Notes: generated from the sequence alone by a model not told the origin. 64,000 bases of DNA from Bacteroidota bacterium (GCA_016787485.1 JAEUUL010000005.1:5588-69587), one strand, 5' to 3'; positions 27,772-37,142 are shown, numbered from the stretch's first letter. A program made the numbers and translations.

Positions 27772-30700
27772 ATGAGTTGGTTCAGGCAAACAGGACTGGC
27801 CTGGATTGCAGCAGGTTTTCTGGTCATCCTTACCGGTCAGATTATGCTGGTGCGCAACCAGAACCTGGGACCCGACATCGCCCTGCAGGACGAGGCACAA
27901 AGGCTTACCCGCACACTGGCAGAAGCCAGAAAGGTTATCAATGAACAGGCTCCGGAATTAACCGGCATTCCGGGCATGGATTCCGGAAACAGAGCCATAA
28001 AAACCCTGCGAAAAGAGAATATAGAAACTTTTCTTTTCAGACAGGGTGTTCCCGTTTACTGGACCACCAATAGTTATAACCTGCAACCCTCCGGCAAAAC
28101 CGGTGTGGAAATACAAAAACACTACTCCCGGTATCTGGCAGTATGGACCATACATACAGATACACTCGATTATCTGTTCGCCCGGGATTTGATTAAAAAT
28201 CCCGAATTCAAATACCTGGGAACCAACATCATTACGGAAGAAAAATCCAACAAATTTTCCCTCGCCGTAAATCCGCTGGAACATAGTGCACGCATAGAGG
28301 TAGATGGTCTGCCACCCTTTTATCTGGTTATCGATGAGTTCCGCCCCGGTGTGGGTTTTGATATTCTTGTGATTCTTGGTCTGGCACTTCTCAGTTTGGG
28401 ATTGATGCGGTATTTCCAGTCGCGCGCGGTCTGGTATCTCGGCCCGCTGTTGGTACTGCTGCTTTGGGCCTGCACCGAGATTTTGTTTTTTCACAACAAA
28501 ACACTGTGGAACCTGAAAGAAACCAGCCTTTTCGCTTCTGAAGTGTATGCCAGCAGCTGGTATTTTCCCAATTTGGGCGTATTGTTATTCAATGCAGTTT
28601 TGTCGGCTTTCGGAACCTATTTCTTGCAACGCTGGGTTGCCCGGTATCAGGTAAATCTCAAATTGTGGATGCGCCGTTTGTTGTGGCTTATTTCCACGGC
28701 AATTCTGTTTGCATATTCATTGTTCCTCATTCAGGAGTGCGGCCATCTGGTAACCGACAGTACCATCAATTTCGATTTTCATGAAATTCACCTCATCAAT
28801 GGATTTACATTGCTGGGTTTACTGGGTGTCATTCTGGGTTTCGGCGTGCTTTTTTTCCTGCTTAAATTGCAGCAAAGTCTCGAAGCAGGATATACGCGAA
28901 ATACGAGACGTTTTCTGGCTGCCATTTTTATGTTGCTGCTGCTGGCCCTGCCCGTTTCCCGCGGAGAATATTTTCATGCAACCCTGGTTCTGCTATTGCT
29001 GGGGGGAATTTACGGGTACGAGCTTGTAAGCCAGAACCGCAGGGCCGCCGTGCGCATTGCACTCCGGTTGCTGCTACCCTGTCTGGTTGTGGGTATCGTA
29101 TTCAACAGACAGGTCAATCAGAAAGAATATGAATTGCGGGAAATACTTGCTGCAAAAATCCTGTTGCAAAATGAAAAAGAGCCCTACAATTTATTAAACA
29201 AAACAGAAACACAACTGCTGCAGGACAAGGGAATTCTCGATTACTATACATGCAGGGATGAGTCTAAAAGCATGTTCGAAAAACGTTTGCGGCAGTTATA
29301 TTTTACCGAATATTCGGAGGATTTCGAAATACATGTGTTCGATTACAACATGGAGGGAAAAGGGTATCGCGAAGAAAATGCATTTGATTATCCCACCATA
29401 CAATCCCTTTTTGCAAGTGATGTTTGCAAGCCGCTGACCACGCATTTTTCGGTGGTAAACGAACGCAAACTCAAAGGAAGTTACCTGGGCCGGTTTATGG
29501 TGGGCGACGGACGGGATTGGTACGGCGTCTATTTTGTGCTCATCAAGCCACGCATGTCTGCCACTCAGGGTCGTCTTTCCGATGTGTTTAACAAAAGTCC
29601 GCTGGAATCCCTGTTTATCGAAAATCAGTACAGTTACGCCATCTATAACCGCAATCGCCTGTACCGCAGATTCGGGCAGTACAATTACCCAAACACCTCT
29701 GTATTTACAGCAGGGCCGGCATTGCAGTCCATCAGCGGATTTTCGCATTTCAGTTACAGCGACGACCTGGGCAATGTAATTGTCATCAGTAAGCCCAAAG
29801 TGAGTTTTCTGCAGGCACTTACCGGATTTACCATTCTGGGGTTGGGCAGTTTATTTGTAGCACTTGTTTATTATTTATTTATCCTTCTGCAGCATCTGGT
29901 TTTGTCTGTGGGTCAGGGGAATTCAAGCCGTGCCAAGCTCATGCGGAGCCTGCGTGCGCGCCTGCCGCTGATGAATCAGAGTGACCTTTTTCTCAGTAGT
30001 AAACTGCAGTTGTACGTTACGCTGGTCGTATTCGCTACGTTTATTGTTGTGCTGTTTGTAACCATCAATTATTTCAGAAGCAGTTATGGGGCGCGGCAGC
30101 GGGAATTCCTGTGGAACAAAACCAATGAAATTGCAAATTCAATCAGTACTCAAGCCAATCTGGATGCTTTGTTCAATAAAAATCAAAATGGTTTGATTTA
30201 TGATCTGAGCAATTATTACAGCACAGATATCAATATTTACAATGCAGACGGAAGGCTGATGGTGAGCAGTAACGACCGCATTTATGAGCAGGATATTGTG
30301 GGGAATCTCATGAATCCTGCGGCCTATGCAGATTTTACCGGCAAAGGAATTTCGGGATTTATCAGAGACGAAAAAATAGGAAATCTGCAATACATTTCCG
30401 CCTATTATACCTTGTTCGACAATGACCTGAACATCAAGGGATACCTCAATCTTCCCTATTTTTCAAACCGCAAGGATTTGTACCGGGAAATATCCAATTA
30501 TGCAGTAACCATTATTAATTTATTTGCCCTTGTTTTTGCCCTGGCAGCCATTGTGGCCTATATCATGGCACACCGCATCACCGAGCCGTTAAACCTCATA
30601 CGCAGGCAAATGGCCCTTGTAAAACTGGGAACCCGCAACCAACCCATTGCATGGCAGCACAACGATGAAATTGGTTTGCTCATTGCCGAGTACAATCACA

Positions 30701-31422
30701 TGATCAATGAACTGGAGGCGAGTTCAAATAAGCTGGCAGAAAGTGAAAGGCAGGGAGCATGGCGCGAAATGGCCAAGCAGGTGGCACATGAAATTAAAAA
30801 TCCGCTTACACCCATGAAATTGTCTCTGCAGCATTTGCAGTTCGCCATACAGCGCAAAGACGAAAATCTGGAAGAAAAATTCCGCAAAACCAGTGAGTTG
30901 CTCATCAATCAGATTGATTCACTCAGCAAAATGGCCGAAGAATTCAGTGCCTTTGCCAAAATGCCGGATGCGCGCCCGGAGCCTGTAATTGTGAACGATG
31001 TGCTGGAACAGGTGGTAACCCTGTTCGGCCGCGATGCATCCCTGAAAGTGGATTACAGTCCCCCTGCTTCACGCATAGAAGTGGAGGCCGATCCCCACCA
31101 TCTGGGACGCATTTTTACCAATATCCTCAAGAACGCGGCACAGGCCATCCCGCCCGACAGGCAGGGCCAGGTAAAGGTGGACACCACCTGCGATTCCCGC
31201 AGGATTGTGATCTATTTCCGCGACAACGGCAAGGGCATCCCCGCCGAACTCAGAGACAAAATCTTCAGTCCGAATTTCAGCACCAAAAACAGCGGGATGG
31301 GACTGGGGCTGGCCATCTCACGCAAAATGGCCGAGCAGTTTGGTGGCACCATCGACTTTACCAGCACAGAAGGAGAGGGGGCCACTTTCTTCGTCACATT
31401 GCCAGTAAACCGGGTTTTGTAA
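27772..31422 (+). CDS. large multi-pass membrane sensor histidine kinase (NtrY-like HAMP-HisKA-HATPase C-terminus)
   Basis: 1216-aa ORF with many TM segments. It has the H-box EMAKQVAHEIKNPLTPM, the N-box NILKNAAQAI, G1 FRDNGKGIP and G2 GMGLGLAISRKM. Confidence 0.85.
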   Translation: MSWFRQTGLAWIAAGFLVILTGQIMLVRNQNLGPDIALQDEAQRLTRTLAEARKVINEQAPELTGIPGMDSGNRAIKTLRKENIETFLFRQGVPVYWTTNSYNLQPSGKTGVEIQKHYSRYLAVWTIHTDTLDYLFARDLIKNPEFKYLGTNIITEEKSNKFSLAVNPLEHSARIEVDGLPPFYLVIDEFRPGVGFDILVILGLALLSLGLMRYFQSRAVWYLGPLLVLLLWACTEILFFHNKTLWNLKETSLFASEVYASSWYFPNLGVLLFNAVLSAFGTYFLQRWVARYQVNLKLWMRRLLWLISTAILFAYSLFLIQECGHLVTDSTINFDFHEIHLINGFTLLGLLGVILGFGVLFFLLKLQQSLEAGYTRNTRRFLAAIFMLLLLALPVSRGEYFHATLVLLLLGGIYGYELVSQNRRAAVRIALRLLLPCLVVGIVFNRQVNQKEYELREILAAKILLQNEKEPYNLLNKTETQLLQDKGILDYYTCRDESKSMFEKRLRQLYFTEYSEDFEIHVFDYNMEGKGYREENAFDYPTIQSLFASDVCKPLTTHFSVVNERKLKGSYLGRFMVGDGRDWYGVYFVLIKPRMSATQGRLSDVFNKSPLESLFIENQYSYAIYNRNRLYRRFGQYNYPNTSVFTAGPALQSISGFSHFSYSDDLGNVIVISKPKVSFLQALTGFTILGLGSLFVALVYYLFILLQHLVLSVGQGNSSRAKLMRSLRARLPLMNQSDLFLSSKLQLYVTLVVFATFIVVLFVTINYFRSSYGARQREFLWNKTNEIANSISTQANLDALFNKNQNGLIYDLSNYYSTDINIYNADGRLMVSSNDRIYEQDIVGNLMNPAAYADFTGKGISGFIRDEKIGNLQYISAYYTLFDNDLNIKGYLNLPYFSNRKDLYREISNYAVTIINLFALVFALAAIVAYIMAHRITEPLNLIRRQMALVKLGTRNQPIAWQHNDEIGLLIAEYNHMINELEASSNKLAESERQGAWREMAKQVAHEIKNPLTPMKLSLQHLQFAIQRKDENLEEKFRKTSELLINQIDSLSKMAEEFSAFAKMPDARPEPVIVNDVLEQVVTLFGRDASLKVDYSPPASRIEVEADPHHLGRIFTNILKNAAQAIPPDRQGQVKVDTTCDSRRIVIYFRDNGKGIPAELRDKIFSPNFSTKNSGMGLGLAISRKMAEQFGGTIDFTSTEGEGATFFVTLPVNRVL

Positions 31423-31428
31423 TTGCCT

Positions 31429-34400
31429 ATGCGTTTCAGGCCGGGAAACCATATCATGCTTTTTCTGCTGCTATGGCTGTTCAACACGGCCAGTGCACAA
31501 AAACTCCCGGTACAGAGTTTCATGCGTGTTCTGGTGGTTGCAGATACACTGTATCTGGATTCGGCAGGTGTGGTCCCATCCACCCTCCGGGTTACGGACG
31601 GGGAAACCGTTCTTTCCGCAGGCAAACATTTTACCCTGCTGCCGGGATTGGCACATATCCGGCTTACCGGTTCGTTCCGTGGCCATACACTGGAAATACG
31701 GTGGATTTCCATGCCAAAGTGGATTACCATGTCCCGGGCAAACCGGCAACCCTACATCACTTACAGCACAAAAGCCCCGGAAATGCCGGAGTTCAATTCC
31801 GGCACTGAAACCACAAACCCCGCCGACCCGCTGAACACCGACGGGGTATTGCTGCGCGGCCTTTCCTTCGGCAACGCACAGGACCTTACCATCAATTCCA
31901 GCCTTAACCTGCGCATGAATGGGCAGGTGAGCCCGGGTCTGGGTGTAGAGGCTGCCCTCACAGATCAGGAGTATCCCTTTCAGCCCGATGGCACCACCAG
32001 TGCCCTGCAGGATTTCGACCGCATTTATGTGAAAATGTATACGCCGCGCCTCTATGTTATGCTGGGTGATTATCCGTTTATCAGTCCTTCTGTGTCGAGG
32101 TTTACACGCTACAGCAAAAAAAACCGGGGACTGCAGCTGCATTACCGGGATACCCTGAAAAGCAAAGCCATCCTGGACCTCGAAGGTTCAGCAGCGCTGG
32201 CAAGGGGCCGGTTTGCACGCAATGAAATTCAGGGACTGGAAGGGATGCAGGGGCCCTACCGCCTCTCCGGTGCAAGAGGTGAACAATTTGTGATTGTGGT
32301 CTCAGGCACCGAGGTGGTATACCTGGACGGTAAACGCATGGAACGCGGACTGCAGTCCGATTATGTGATGGATTACAACCTGGGCGAAATTACCTTCACC
32401 CCCCGGCATCTCATCAACGCCTTCAGCCGCATTGTGGTTGAATTCCAGTATTCCGACAGGCAGTATACCCGTGTGGTTGCCGCCTCCCATGCTGTGCTGC
32501 AAAAAAAGAAGTGGACGGCATTTGCCAATGTGTATACCGAACAGGATGCCAAAACCCAACCCATTCAGCAAAACCTGAATCTGTACGACTCCACCCGCGG
32601 ACTGGATGCCAAACAAATTCTGGAACTGGCGGGAGACAATCCTGCCCTGGCGGTGATGTCTGGCACAGGAAAACCGGGTGCATTCAACACTTCAAGACCC
32701 AACTACATCCGCATCGATTCGGCTTCCCTGGTTTTTTACCGCTTTGCAGCTGCTCCGGATACAGGACAACAGTATTATCAGGTGGCATTCACCTATGTAG
32801 GGGCAGGGCAGGGGCAATATGTCATTCAACCCTCACTGGCCAACGGCAAAGTGTTTCGCTACACCGGGCCCGCTGCCGGAGATTATGAACCCTTGTTGTT
32901 TCTGCAGCCCCCGGGCTCTGTAACCATGGCAGAAACAGGGCTGGAACTCAATTACAGCAGGCAAAACCGGATCAAAGTGAATATTGCCGGTTCCAGGCAG
33001 GACAAAAACCGCTTTTCCGGCATAGGCGACAATGACAACAACGGGCTGGCTGCGGGTCTGAACTGGAGTCATGTGAGCCTTGTACATAAGCGGGATTCAG
33101 CCCGCACCTGGCAATGGAAAAACAGCGTGGAATGTGAATATACCAGCACCCGTTTCACCAGCATAGAACGCTACCGCGATGTGGAGTTTGGCCGCATCTG
33201 GAGCCCGGAACTGGGCAATCCTGCAGGCGGCTCCAACCCCGCCGGTGCCGGATACGTCCTGCACAATACTGAGATTTCCGGCAGACACCTTACCGTTCGG
33301 GCAAACTGGGGGGCACGCCGGTTGAACAACGATTGGTCGCGCACGGGGGGTGTGGGTTTCCGCCTTTCAAACAAGGGCTGGTTTTTTGCTCCTTCCGCGT
33401 TGTGGAGCAGCAATGAAGCCAGCAACAACCGTTTCAACCGCTATCTGGCAGAAACCGGTTATGAAGGGAAAAAGTCTCAGGTGAAACTCTATGCCCAAAC
33501 AGAAAAGAGCATCTATGATTTATTGATTCTGAAATATGGCACTGCTTCCTACGGATTTACGGAATGGGGCACCCAATCCCGCATTCAGGCAGGGCGCTTG
33601 TCCTGGAATCTGCTGCTGAACCAGCGCGTTACCTCCGCCCCCGAACTGCAGATGCTGAAACCTGCCAATGCGGTTTGGAATGCTGTCACCGATCTGAGTC
33701 TGCCCGACCGCAAAGGCAATGTGCTGAAACTGGGCCTCAGTTACCGCAATATGGAACTGCTGGATACCCTCTTTCAGCATCTATACCGCACAGAAAACCA
33801 TCTGGCTTCACGCGCAGAATACAGTTTTCGCAAAGTATTGCGCCGACTGGACGGCAACATTTTTTATCAAACCCTTTCGGGTCGCGAAGCGCAAAAGCAA
33901 TATTCCTATTTTGAAGTACCTGCCGGACAGGGTTATTTCACCTGGATTGATTTCAACGGCAATGGTTTGCAGGAGACCAGCGAGTTTCAGGAGGCCCGGT
34001 TCCGGGATCAGGCCCGGTTTGTGCGGCTTCTGGTACCCACCGGCACCTACATCCGTTCACAGGGCGTGGATTACAGCGGCAACCTGCACTGGAGGCCAAA
34101 CCGCAATGCCAAAGGCACATTCCAGTCCCGCACGTCATGGAACTATTCCGGAAAATCAGTGGCCGGAGCTACAGCAAAACGCTATTTCCCGTTTTTGTAT
34201 GCAAACCAGTCTGCCGATATCCTGTCTGCCAACGGGTTGTTCCGGAATCAGGCCGAATGGGAATCCCCATCAGGCAAATGGCTGATTCAATACACCACAT
34301 TGGCGCGCAGCAGCAAGGTGTTTTTTACCAGTGGTTTCGACCGCAGGCACCAATGGAGGCATACAGCCTTTGCGCGCACAGAATTTGGCCGCAGCTGGCA

Positions 34401-34869
34401 ATTGCGCTGGAGTGGAGAGTGGTTGCGCAGCCGGTATGCTTCTGAGATACAGCCGGCCAACGATTTCAAATACAGTGCCTGGCAGACCGAGCCGGTTATC
34501 ACATGGCAATCGGGCAGCCGTAGCCGCATCAACCTCAGCCACAAGGTTCAGCAGAGTTTCAGTGCCTCGTCGGTAAAACTGGCCCTGCTGAACGAAACAG
34601 CCATTCAGATCACCCGCAGTCTGGGCCGTGGCGGTCAGGCCGATGTCCGTTTCAGTACCCTTCAGGCCAGTTACAACGGACCGTTGAATACACCCCTGGC
34701 CTTCGAGCTACTGCAGGGATTCAAGGCAGGCACCAATTTCCGCTGGAATGCCGACGTGCGCATGAAAGCCACCCGTGCGGTCCAACTTGTTTTCAGTTAC
34801 GAAGGCCGCCACCTGTCCGAAAGCCGCATCATCCACATCGGCCGCGCCGAAGCCCGGTATTTGTTCTGA
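31429..34869 (+). CDS. very large predicted outer-membrane beta-barrel protein, function unknown
   Basis: The ORF was trimmed to the ATG at 31429. It has a signal peptide (LLLWLFNTASAQ), alternating aromatic/Gly beta-strand texture throughout and a C-terminal ...AEARYLF aromatic terminus. Confidence 0.55.
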   Translation: MRFRPGNHIMLFLLLWLFNTASAQKLPVQSFMRVLVVADTLYLDSAGVVPSTLRVTDGETVLSAGKHFTLLPGLAHIRLTGSFRGHTLEIRWISMPKWITMSRANRQPYITYSTKAPEMPEFNSGTETTNPADPLNTDGVLLRGLSFGNAQDLTINSSLNLRMNGQVSPGLGVEAALTDQEYPFQPDGTTSALQDFDRIYVKMYTPRLYVMLGDYPFISPSVSRFTRYSKKNRGLQLHYRDTLKSKAILDLEGSAALARGRFARNEIQGLEGMQGPYRLSGARGEQFVIVVSGTEVVYLDGKRMERGLQSDYVMDYNLGEITFTPRHLINAFSRIVVEFQYSDRQYTRVVAASHAVLQKKKWTAFANVYTEQDAKTQPIQQNLNLYDSTRGLDAKQILELAGDNPALAVMSGTGKPGAFNTSRPNYIRIDSASLVFYRFAAAPDTGQQYYQVAFTYVGAGQGQYVIQPSLANGKVFRYTGPAAGDYEPLLFLQPPGSVTMAETGLELNYSRQNRIKVNIAGSRQDKNRFSGIGDNDNNGLAAGLNWSHVSLVHKRDSARTWQWKNSVECEYTSTRFTSIERYRDVEFGRIWSPELGNPAGGSNPAGAGYVLHNTEISGRHLTVRANWGARRLNNDWSRTGGVGFRLSNKGWFFAPSALWSSNEASNNRFNRYLAETGYEGKKSQVKLYAQTEKSIYDLLILKYGTASYGFTEWGTQSRIQAGRLSWNLLLNQRVTSAPELQMLKPANAVWNAVTDLSLPDRKGNVLKLGLSYRNMELLDTLFQHLYRTENHLASRAEYSFRKVLRRLDGNIFYQTLSGREAQKQYSYFEVPAGQGYFTWIDFNGNGLQETSEFQEARFRDQARFVRLLVPTGTYIRSQGVDYSGNLHWRPNRNAKGTFQSRTSWNYSGKSVAGATAKRYFPFLYANQSADILSANGLFRNQAEWESPSGKWLIQYTTLARSSKVFFTSGFDRRHQWRHTAFARTEFGRSWQLRWSGEWLRSRYASEIQPANDFKYSAWQTEPVITWQSGSRSRINLSHKVQQSFSASSVKLALLNETAIQITRSLGRGGQADVRFSTLQASYNGPLNTPLAFELLQGFKAGTNFRWNADVRMKATRAVQLVFSYEGRHLSESRIIHIGRAEARYLF

Positions 34870-34964
34870 TGAATAACATCCCTGGTTTGAATCGGTTAGG
34901 ATTCATTTTAAGTTGAATTGAGTATCTGGCAGCTTAAATCATAATTAGGTTACAAATAGCTTTT

Positions 34965-35011
34965 CCACTTTTGGCTTGAACGGTAATTATATACCTGTTA
35001 GACCAAAAGTG
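34965..35011. repeat. left terminal inverted repeat (itself a hairpin)
   Basis: The sequence is CCACTTTTGGCTTGAACGGTAATTATATACCTGTTAGACCAAAAGTG. Its reverse complement matches 37726-37771 at most positions. It contains the internal pairing CACTTTTGG/CCAAAAGTG. Confidence 0.7.
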
Positions 35012-35122
35012 ATATGAAAAAAAAAGTTTTGAAAGTAAAGATAGATGGACTTGACGAATCTATAAAAGATTGGGAGAGAGTTTCTGAATTGTCAAAAGAA
35101 ATCACTTCAATTTTAAAAAGGA

Positions 35123-35395
35123 TTAAGAATCGTCGTTTTCGTCTTGTGCAAGAGCCTCCTGAATAGATTCTTGTAGCCCTTCTGGAACATCCTTGAAATT
35201 CATAATAAGGCCATTGAATTCTTTATTAATATCTAACGATACAATTCCACCACATTCTGTGAGTTCAGATTCAAATCCTTCAACTACTTCCTGAATATGG
35301 TCTATCGCTGCTTCGATAACAGAAAACCTTAAATCGTTTTCAACATCCTCTGCATTAAATGGCTTGCCATTCCAAAGTAATTTGAATCTTTTCAT
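35123..35395 (-). CDS. hypothetical acidic protein
   Basis: 90-aa ORF. Its ATG overlaps the stop of an upstream 38-codon ORF (ATGA). I recognise no family. Confidence 0.4.
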   Translation of the reverse strand: MKRFKLLWNGKPFNAEDVENDLRFSVIEAAIDHIQEVVEGFESELTECGGIVSLDINKEFNGLIMNFKDVPEGLQESIQEALAQDENDDS

Positions 35396-35508
35396 TTTTT
35401 CTTTTGGGTTTTCTTGGGATTAGGCTTCGGGTTATCTTTAACCGAGGCTTTGATGATACCTTCAAACAGTTTTATAGCCTCTTCCGGCTTCTTTTGATTC
35501 TTAGCCAT
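35392..35508 (-). CDS. 38-codon Lys-rich micro-ORF (MAKNQKKPEEAIKLFEGIIKASVKDNPKPNPKKTQKKK)
   Basis: I translated this by hand because it falls below the ORF-track length cutoff. It starts 8 nt after the XRE gene stop, and its stop overlaps the next ATG. Confidence 0.3.
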   Translation of the reverse strand: MAKNQKKPEEAIKLFEGIIKASVKDNPKPNPKKTQKKK

Positions 35509-35516
35509 ACGCAAAC

Positions 35517-35726
35517 CTACAAAAATTCCTTTACATCCATACCGAACACGTCTGCAATGCTTTTCAGGGTTAAGATGTGGATGTTACTTTCCCCGTTTTC
35601 AATAAACCAAAGGTTTGACATATCCACATTACACTGCTTACTCAAGGTTGGTAGACCAATTTTACGTGCCTTTCGAGCCGCTTTAATCTTGTTGCCCATA
35701 TCCTTCAAATATTTACTATTATCCAT
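35517..35726 (-). CDS. XRE-family helix-turn-helix protein
   Basis: The ORF trimmed to M37 reads MDNSKYLKDMGNKIKAARKARKIGLPTLSKQCNVDMSNLWFIENGESNIHILTLKSIADVFGMDVKEFL, a typical HTH_3 pattern. It overlaps the transposase stop by 8 nt. Confidence 0.7.
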   Translation of the reverse strand: MDNSKYLKDMGNKIKAARKARKIGLPTLSKQCNVDMSNLWFIENGESNIHILTLKSIADVFGMDVKEFL

Positions 35727-36645
35727 TGGTAAGTTCTTTGTATTGAAGTCTACCCTCACAGTTTGAAATAGCGTTTGCAAAACGTTCGTCCTGTTGAATT
35801 TCGCGGCTGTTGAACCTGAATGCAGATTCGTCACAGTAACGCTGCAAATGTTTGGGGCTTACGAAGTGGTGAATACCGTTGATCTGTTTTTTGAGAATGT
35901 TCCAGTATCCTTCAATATTATTGGTATGAACTAATATTACATCCTGGCGAACGTATTCTTTACGCCCGTGATTCACTGTTTTATGTTCGTAAAGGTGTTT
36001 AACCCTATTGTAAGCATGGTGTTCGTCGGATACCATAATACTGTCAGGGGCAATAAACTCCTGAATACTGTTGGTAATGTTCTCGATGTTTGTCTGAGGA
36101 ATAACTTTGGTTTTAACCTTTCCTCCACGTTCAACAGCACCGAAGACCATTGTTTTACTATCATTCCTGTATTTATTGGCAGAACGCTTATTAAGATGTT
36201 TATTGGATTCTTTGCCGCCAACATAGGTTTCGTCAACCTCACAAATTCCTGTCAGTAATTCAGAGGCACTATTTGTCAGCATTTGGCGAATACGATGGTT
36301 CAAGTGCCATGCAGATTTCTGGGTAATACCTAACCATGTAGCCAACTGGAGGCTGCTAATTCCTTTGCTGTGTACAGACAGGATGTAAGTGGCAAGGAAC
36401 CATTTGGTAAGTGGCAGCTTAGAATTTTCGTAGATTGTGCCAACGGTAACAGAGAATTTCTGCCTGCAACCCTTTTCACGGCACTTGAATATCCGGTTGT
36501 TGGTAGCGAAACGGCAAACGTTCTCAGAGCCGCAATGAGGACAGGCAGGAGTTCCGTTCCATCTCTGTTCCTCTAAGTATTCGCGGCACTTTTCTTCAGT
36601 GTTGAAGTGGTTTTGAAATTCGATTATTGACTTGAAGGCTTTCAT
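35719..36645 (-). CDS. IS1595-family DDE transposase (ISXO2-like)
   Basis: The ORF begins at MKAFKS. It has an N-terminal zinc ribbon (CPHCGS...FKCREKGCRQKFS), then VDETYVGG...D...HTNNIEGYWNILKKQINGIHHFVSPKHLQRYCDESAFRFN, which is characteristic of IS1595 transposases. Confidence 0.85.
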   Translation of the reverse strand: MKAFKSIIEFQNHFNTEEKCREYLEEQRWNGTPACPHCGSENVCRFATNNRIFKCREKGCRQKFSVTVGTIYENSKLPLTKWFLATYILSVHSKGISSLQLATWLGITQKSAWHLNHRIRQMLTNSASELLTGICEVDETYVGGKESNKHLNKRSANKYRNDSKTMVFGAVERGGKVKTKVIPQTNIENITNSIQEFIAPDSIMVSDEHHAYNRVKHLYEHKTVNHGRKEYVRQDVILVHTNNIEGYWNILKKQINGIHHFVSPKHLQRYCDESAFRFNSREIQQDERFANAISNCEGRLQYKELTNG

Positions 36646-36660
36646 TTGACCAGTAACGTA

Positions 36661-36747
36661 TTGCAAATGTATATACAAATACAATACAATACAAGAGTGA
36701 TTTATAAATTATTATTTGCAATGTATATATTTTGTATATACATTTGC
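36661..36747. promoter_or_regulatory. divergent promoter/operator region with a perfect 17-bp inverted repeat
   Basis: GCAAATGTATATACAAA (36663-36679) is the exact reverse complement of TTTGTATATACATTTGC (36731-36747). A third partial copy, TTGCAATGTATATAT, lies at 36716-36730, and an ACAAT tandem lies at 36679-36693. Confidence 0.55.
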
Positions 36748-36750
36748 ATA

Positions 36751-36939
36751 GTGAAAAAGAATGAGAATCTTATTTTCAGGGTAACTCCTGAAGAAAAGAA
36801 GGATTTCGAGAGAGCTGCTGAAATATCTGGTTTGTCATTATCCGCTTGGATTAGATTAAAGCTAAGAGCTATCGCGGCTAAGGAGTTGAAAGATATGGGT
36901 GAGGATGTTGAGTTTTTAAAACCCAATAAAAACCCATAA
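36751..36939 (+). CDS. ribbon-helix-helix (CopG/antitoxin-like) protein
   Basis: A GTG start gives VKKNENLIFRVTPEEKKDFERAAEISGLSLSAWIRLKLRAIAAKEL.... This is the RHH beta-strand plus two helices seen in DUF1778/ParD/CopG-like proteins. Confidence 0.6.
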   Translation: MKKNENLIFRVTPEEKKDFERAAEISGLSLSAWIRLKLRAIAAKELKDMGEDVEFLKPNKNP

Positions 36940-37114
36940 ATTTGCAATACAAAAAAAAGGAGAGGTAAATGAACCTCCCCTTTTGCTGAAATACTATGGT
37001 GGCGTGTACCATTCAGTTAATGAGGCTGATGGCGTATCACAAGAACCTGGTTCTTTGCCATATCTACTTGTGGCACATAGTTTTCAGATTGGCCCTCGAC
37101 AGACCAATATCATT

Positions 37115-37142
37115 CAAAACCCCTCTGCAAAGGGGTTTTTTG
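37115..37142. terminator. bidirectional hairpin terminator between the convergent RHH gene and the 158-aa ORF
   Basis: AAAACCCCTCTGCAAAGGGGTTTTTT has A- and T-runs on either side of the stem. Confidence 0.6.

Noticed and set aside
34870-34905. A short hairpin right after the beta-barrel gene stop (TGAATAAC...GTTAGGATTCA) as another attC-like site.
   Set aside because: It is only about 36 nt long with an 8-bp interrupted stem. That is too short and too weak to call, and it could simply be the terminator or the boundary of the AT-rich DNA.
36654-36668. TAACGTATTGCA just upstream of the transposase start, which resembles the left arms of the attC-like sites (TAACGTTTTGCA).
   Set aside because: There is no complementary GTTA-bearing partner arm within about 150 bp. 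The string overlaps the 17-bp operator repeat, so the resemblance is probably chance.
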